From positions 1-39,257 of the forward strand of contig NKIB01014967.1 of assembly GCA_002256025.1 (NCBI GenBank): a stretch of DNA of 39,257 nucleotides, in the 5' to 3' direction. This stretch comes from Asterionella formosa. Lineage: Eukaryota. Shown here piece after piece: positions 34,941 through 39,257 of this stretch (position 1 is the first letter of the stretch; each line of letters opens with the position of its first letter). The notes beneath the pieces are model-generated. The model saw nothing but the letters and a program-made list of their open reading frames with translations, had not been told where the DNA came from and did not search any database. A program made the translations under genes and the position numbers.

Positions 34941-35432
34941 GCCACATTTTGCTGAATGAATAGAAGGAAATGTTGCCCAGATATGAGATGGTGTTAAATG
35001 AGTCACTAGTTTTGGCTATGATATTGCTAACCAAGAAGATGACCAAGAAGATGGAATCCAACTTTATGTGGAACTCTATAAATTTTAAGGTTAATCCAGC
35101 AAAAATGATTATGAAACGAAGAAAGCAACCGCTATGTATAATCTTTTTAGCCCAAAATGGGATGATGTATATATTATGGGTAACAATACCTGGTGACCTG
35201 GAAAAAGAATGGGAACAAACTAAAATAATCGCTTCTACAAACAACATATGCAAATATACTACATGACGTGTTTGTCATAGGCAACATAAAGGATGAAGGA
35301 AAAATCAAATACCGGTAATATGCACAGCAAACGTGCTCAATGTGAGATAGCCACAAACAAGGCATTGAAATACCGGCACCAGTACCGATACCTAGAAATG
35401 TCACTTATTATTGCTACCTTTGTATTTCCTTT

Positions 35433-36530
35433 ATGCGCACATATAGGAAGCCTGTAACCACTCAAGACCGTCGATTTAACCCCGAATCCACATTGTCATT
35501 TGTTGTTGTAGCTCTAGCATTGACTTTCCTTGCTTGCTCAGGGATGAAGAGAATGCTCATGTCATCATTGACTACTACCTGTACTACGTCCAGCCTTACC
35601 ATGCCGTCGATGGGACTTGGCACGTACTTGATTGGCCGGGACATGATTCAACATGCCATTCCGTCGGCGTTGCAAGCTGGATATCGAAGAATTGACTGTG
35701 CAGCCGTGTATTTCAATGAAGACGCCATTGGAGACATTCTGGCCCAAGAGTTCAACAAACAAACAGGCATAACCCGCCAAGACTTGTACATTGTTTCCAA
35801 GCTTGCAAGTCCATATCACCGGGAGGAACATGTTGAACTTGCACTGAAAAAGACACTGACAGATCTTCGATTAGCATATCTGGACCTGTATCTCATTCAC
35901 TGGCCTGTTGCGTTCAAGTACGTTCCGATTGATTCCAGTGCACGAGGTTTTGAAAATGAAGATATCGATGATTCTGACGGTGGCAAGAATATTGATCCGA
36001 ACGTTAGTGTCAAGGAAACGTGGAAGGCTATGGAACAGCTAGTTCAAAAGGGATTAGTTAGGGAAATCGGTGTTTCAAATTTTCCTGTCTCGTTGCTGCA
36101 TGAGCTGCTATCCGAAGCCAAGATAAAACCAGCCGTCAATCAGGTTGAGCTCCATCCCTATTTGCAACAATCAAAATTGGTAAGATATTGTCAATCTCGA
36201 GGAATCGGAGTACAAGCATATTCTCCACTGGGAACACCGGGATACAAGGAAGGTAACGAACCCAATGTTCTGGAGGACCCAATCCTGCAGCGTATTGCAT
36301 CAGACCACGACTGGACGGTTCCTCAACTTTGTCTGAAATGGGCCCTGGAACGAGGAACGACAGTTGTTGCCAAGAGCGCAACTACGAGTCACCAACAGGA
36401 AAACCTATCTGTTCTTAAGATATCAGGCAACCTCACGGACAAGGAGATGCAAGAAATTGCTTCCTTAGATCGAGGCTATCGGTTCTTTCGACCTGAAGAT
36501 TGGTGGGGTGATATGGCTGTGTTTAACTAA
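35433..36530 (+). CDS. Aldo-keto reductase (AKR1/2-like) with an N-terminal hydrophobic extension
   Basis: MPSMGLGTY, GYRRIDCAAVYFNE, IVSKL, LDLYLIHWP, GLVREIGVSNF, NQVELHPYLQQ, AYSPLG; catalytic D-Y-K-H tetrad present. Confidence 0.95.
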   Translation: MRTYRKPVTTQDRRFNPESTLSFVVVALALTFLACSGMKRMLMSSLTTTCTTSSLTMPSMGLGTYLIGRDMIQHAIPSALQAGYRRIDCAAVYFNEDAIGDILAQEFNKQTGITRQDLYIVSKLASPYHREEHVELALKKTLTDLRLAYLDLYLIHWPVAFKYVPIDSSARGFENEDIDDSDGGKNIDPNVSVKETWKAMEQLVQKGLVREIGVSNFPVSLLHELLSEAKIKPAVNQVELHPYLQQSKLVRYCQSRGIGVQAYSPLGTPGYKEGNEPNVLEDPILQRIASDHDWTVPQLCLKWALERGTTVVAKSATTSHQQENLSVLKISGNLTDKEMQEIASLDRGYRFFRPEDWWGDMAVFN

Positions 36531-36562
36531 GTGGAACTAAATTTCTAGTGCAACATATTAGC

Positions 36563-37558
36563 TTAGCTGCCCTTTTGCTTCGGTGTCGTATTCATAAGCG
36601 AGTCTTTTACTGCCATATACACAAGTCCGGCCGGGAAGAGTAAATATGGCGAATACAATAGAAATGTGTAGAGTCTCCAGGTGCTGGAGGCCTTCTCGTT
36701 GAAACATATCTCCACCATGATGGGTAATAATGTTGTACTTGTGTGTGCCCCATAAACAATACTTGCTGTTCGGAACCATTCTGGCCATTCCTTGGCCCCA
36801 CTCAACATCATTTGGACAGCTGTGATGAAGTATGGAAATTGAAACAAACACTCGCACCATACAAGGGCAACAAACCATGTGTCGAATGGAGCTGTCATGA
36901 GTGCGTCATGAAAGGTTGCGGCATACCAAGACACAAAGTTTTGGAGGGACTTGGGATACATGCTTGCGTGTAATGCGGCTTGACCATCGATGCACAAGGT
37001 GATTGGAATGTGCGAAGCAAAGAATCCAAGGTAGGCGTAGTAGGTACTACCAGTGAAGGGTGTCATAGTTGCATGTACTGGAGCAGCCTTGGCGCAAAGA
37101 TAAATGAGCCAAACAGGAAAGACTAAGTAAGGGAAATATATAGTCGACAGGAATAAGCGTTGAAAGGGCGTAGCATCTGGATTGGTCAATAGTATCTGAA
37201 GTATAGGAACCAACGTGGTCGCCGTATGAGCGCCGTAGATGAGCGAAGCAAGCCGGAACCATTCAGGATAAATATCGGTACCTTTCTTCGATATCAACAT
37301 GTGAATAGCAACAAAAAAATAAGGTAACTGCAGACAGAGCTCTCCCGTTAAAAAGGCGGAGAGCCAAAGCCAAGTTGGCTTCGCGAGAAAGAGAGGATCG
37401 TTCAGCGTCACGGCATACCAATCAACGAAGTCGACTAAAGGTCGCGGATAAGGAATGGGTAGGAAACTTCCCTGCCCATCGAGGAGGACTGTAGCTGGAA
37501 CATGAGAAATAAAGAAAAAAAGAAAACTGATGCGCGTGCTACCTGTGAGTGCATTCAT
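36563..37558 (-). CDS. Tandem EXPERA-domain (TMEM97/sigma-2 receptor-like) ER membrane protein
   Basis: Two homologous halves: FFISHVPATVLLDGQ..GELCLQLPYF..PEWFRLASLIYGAHTATTLVPI..YFPYLVFP and FFASHIPITLCIDGQ..CECLFQFPYF..PEWFRTASIVYGAHTSTTLLPI..YSPYLLFP; C-terminal KQKGS (KxKxx). Confidence 0.88.
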   Translation of the reverse strand: MNALTGSTRISFLFFFISHVPATVLLDGQGSFLPIPYPRPLVDFVDWYAVTLNDPLFLAKPTWLWLSAFLTGELCLQLPYFFVAIHMLISKKGTDIYPEWFRLASLIYGAHTATTLVPILQILLTNPDATPFQRLFLSTIYFPYLVFPVWLIYLCAKAAPVHATMTPFTGSTYYAYLGFFASHIPITLCIDGQAALHASMYPKSLQNFVSWYAATFHDALMTAPFDTWFVALVWCECLFQFPYFITAVQMMLSGAKEWPEWFRTASIVYGAHTSTTLLPIMVEICFNEKASSTWRLYTFLLYSPYLLFPAGLVYMAVKDSLMNTTPKQKGS

Positions 37559-37612
37559 TGAGATGGCACTGGGTGTTCAATACATCTGCTGTTGTGTCGC
37601 AATGATGATATA

Positions 37613-38061
37613 NNNNNNNNNNNNNNNNNNNNNNNNNNNNNNNNNNNNNNNNNNNNNNNNNNNNNNNNNNNNNNNNNNNNNNNNNNNNNNNNNNNNNNNN
37701 NNNNNNNNNNNNNNNNNNNNNNNNNNNNNNNNNNNNNNNNNNNNNNNNNNNNNNNNNNNNNNNNNNNNNNNNNNNNNNNNNNNNNNNNNNNNNNNNNNNN
37801 NNNNNNNNNNNNNNNNNNNNNNNNNNNNNNNNNNNNNNNNNNNNNNNNNNNNNNNNNNNNNNNNNNNNNNNNNNNNNNNNNNNNNNNNNNNNNNNNNNNN
37901 NNNNNNNNNNNNNNNNNNNNNNNNNNNNNNNNNNNNNNNNNNNNNNNNNNNNNNNNNNNNNNNNNNNNNNNNNNNNNNNNNNNNNNNNNNNNNNNNNNNN
38001 NNNNNNNNNNNNNNNNNNNNNNNNNNNNNNNNNNNNNNNNNNNNNNNNNNNNNNNNNNNNN
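37613..38061. other. Assembly gap (N run)
   Basis: Run of n. Confidence 1.
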
Positions 38062-38805
38062 CAGTAACTAACTACCGGTACCCAGAATGTTGGTACAAAC
38101 TGGTATATCCATGTCGGGAAAAATCTTTTACATTATTATGACAAGTCCAAGCTTCCGAGGCCTGTCGGCCTTGCCGAGTTCACGCGATGATACCCCTGAT
38201 GGTGGTATACTGGTAATTAACACAGTAATAGTTGGACTTCGGGGAAACAAAGCAACCCACAGGACCTTCGCTCCAGGGATTTTCTTGTCTACCTCCTAGA
38301 ACCGGCATGCTATATAGTAGGAATGTGGTTGATGCATTTTGTGTGGTTCATTATGATAGTTGTGTCTGTGTGTGTGTGCAGCTACAATGCAATGAGTTAT
38401 GTATAATGTATTCAAATCTGATATCTACTATCAGTACCGGTAGACCATTCAATATATACTGTACAAGTCCTCTCTCCTTATACAAGGGAGAACTATGCTA
38501 AACCTCATATTTCCAACTGGTATAATATGCCATCATTATGTAATAGGATTAGTAAGAACGCGAAGAAGATCGAGGTTCTCAGAATCGTGTCAACCTTAAA
38601 AAAATGCGAACAGCAATCGTGCTTGCTGGGCAAGAATCAAAAATAAATCGAGATTAATTTATGTGGGATTACGAAGAACAGCATCTGTGAAATGTATTTC
38701 CCTTGACTGCTGTGTCGCCTTTCCCAGGAACTTGACATAACAGGCAGGCAGGCTCCAACTCTCCTGATACCACACTAACGAATTCTTTCTGTGTGCGAAA
38801 CATGC

Positions 38806-39249
38806 TTATGCTGCAAGAGTCTTGACCAAATCGTCAAAGAGCTCCAGCTTTTTGTATTTGGAATCAGCAACGGCTTCAGCAGTACTTCCTTCGGCAGAGA
38901 AATGAGATTCAAATGTCATGAAACTAGAGTTGTCTTTCGTCACCGATTGCACGGAAACTGTGTGAACGGCAGCAGAAATCGTGGATGCAGGCTCTGATGA
39001 AATCAACTCGAAAGAAAGGGTCTTCTTGGTGTTACTGATCTCGCAAATAGCAATGTTCCAAACGGTTCCATCGGAAAATGTAAGAATGTGGGTGGCGCCA
39101 AGCGCCATTGGAGTTCCTTCACAGCTGGAGGAGACACAGATACCCCACCAAGAAGAGAAATCCCCTGAGCTAATCAGGCCCCACACCTTCTCGGCTGGAG
39201 AAGGAATTACACAGGACTCGGTGTTGAAGGAAACAGCTGGGATGGACAT
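38806..39249 (-). CDS. SRPBCC / Bet v1-like (polyketide cyclase-type) ligand-binding protein
   Basis: ESCVIPSPAEKVWGLI..DFSSWW..LGATHILTFSDG..LSFELIS..VHTVSVQSVT..SFMTFESHF plus a C-terminal helix; 147 aa. Confidence 0.82.
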   Translation of the reverse strand: MSIPAVSFNTESCVIPSPAEKVWGLISSGDFSSWWGICVSSSCEGTPMALGATHILTFSDGTVWNIAICEISNTKKTLSFELISSEPASTISAAVHTVSVQSVTKDNSSFMTFESHFSAEGSTAEAVADSKYKKLELFDDLVKTLAA

Positions 39250-39257
39250 GCTAAATT

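Noticed and set aside
38140..38300. Structured ncRNA or TPP riboswitch (aagtccaa/ttggactt stem)
   Set aside because: Lacks the CTGAGA and GAACCTGA core motifs and a proper C/D box spacing; would need an Infernal search.

Overview
Eukaryotic DNA, most likely a diatom (inferred from the gene set, GT-AG introns, a plastid-targeted CtpA and diatom-type Copia pol motifs), with three assembly gaps. About ten host genes are present: a divergent PRPP synthetase, a spliced type I membrane protein with a C-terminal PDZ domain, a Q-rich protein, G3BP-like NTF2-RRM, TM-RING-H2, Roadblock/LAMTOR2-like, CtpA, an aldo-keto reductase, a tandem EXPERA/TMEM97 protein and an SRPBCC protein. Two nested transposon islands (~8.9-19.7 kb and ~24.0-30.7 kb) separate them. 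The islands hold two decayed Ty1/Copia elements. The second Copia is interrupted twice: by a 250-bp tRNA-headed SINE-like insert with a 15-bp target-site duplication, and by a ~3.6-kb unclassified, intron-containing TIR element that has a diverged inverted copy in the first island. A ~90-bp MITE occurs twice. Gene flanks are dense in GGTACC/ACCGGT palindromic micro-motifs, which in two alignments appear as 6-bp insertions.
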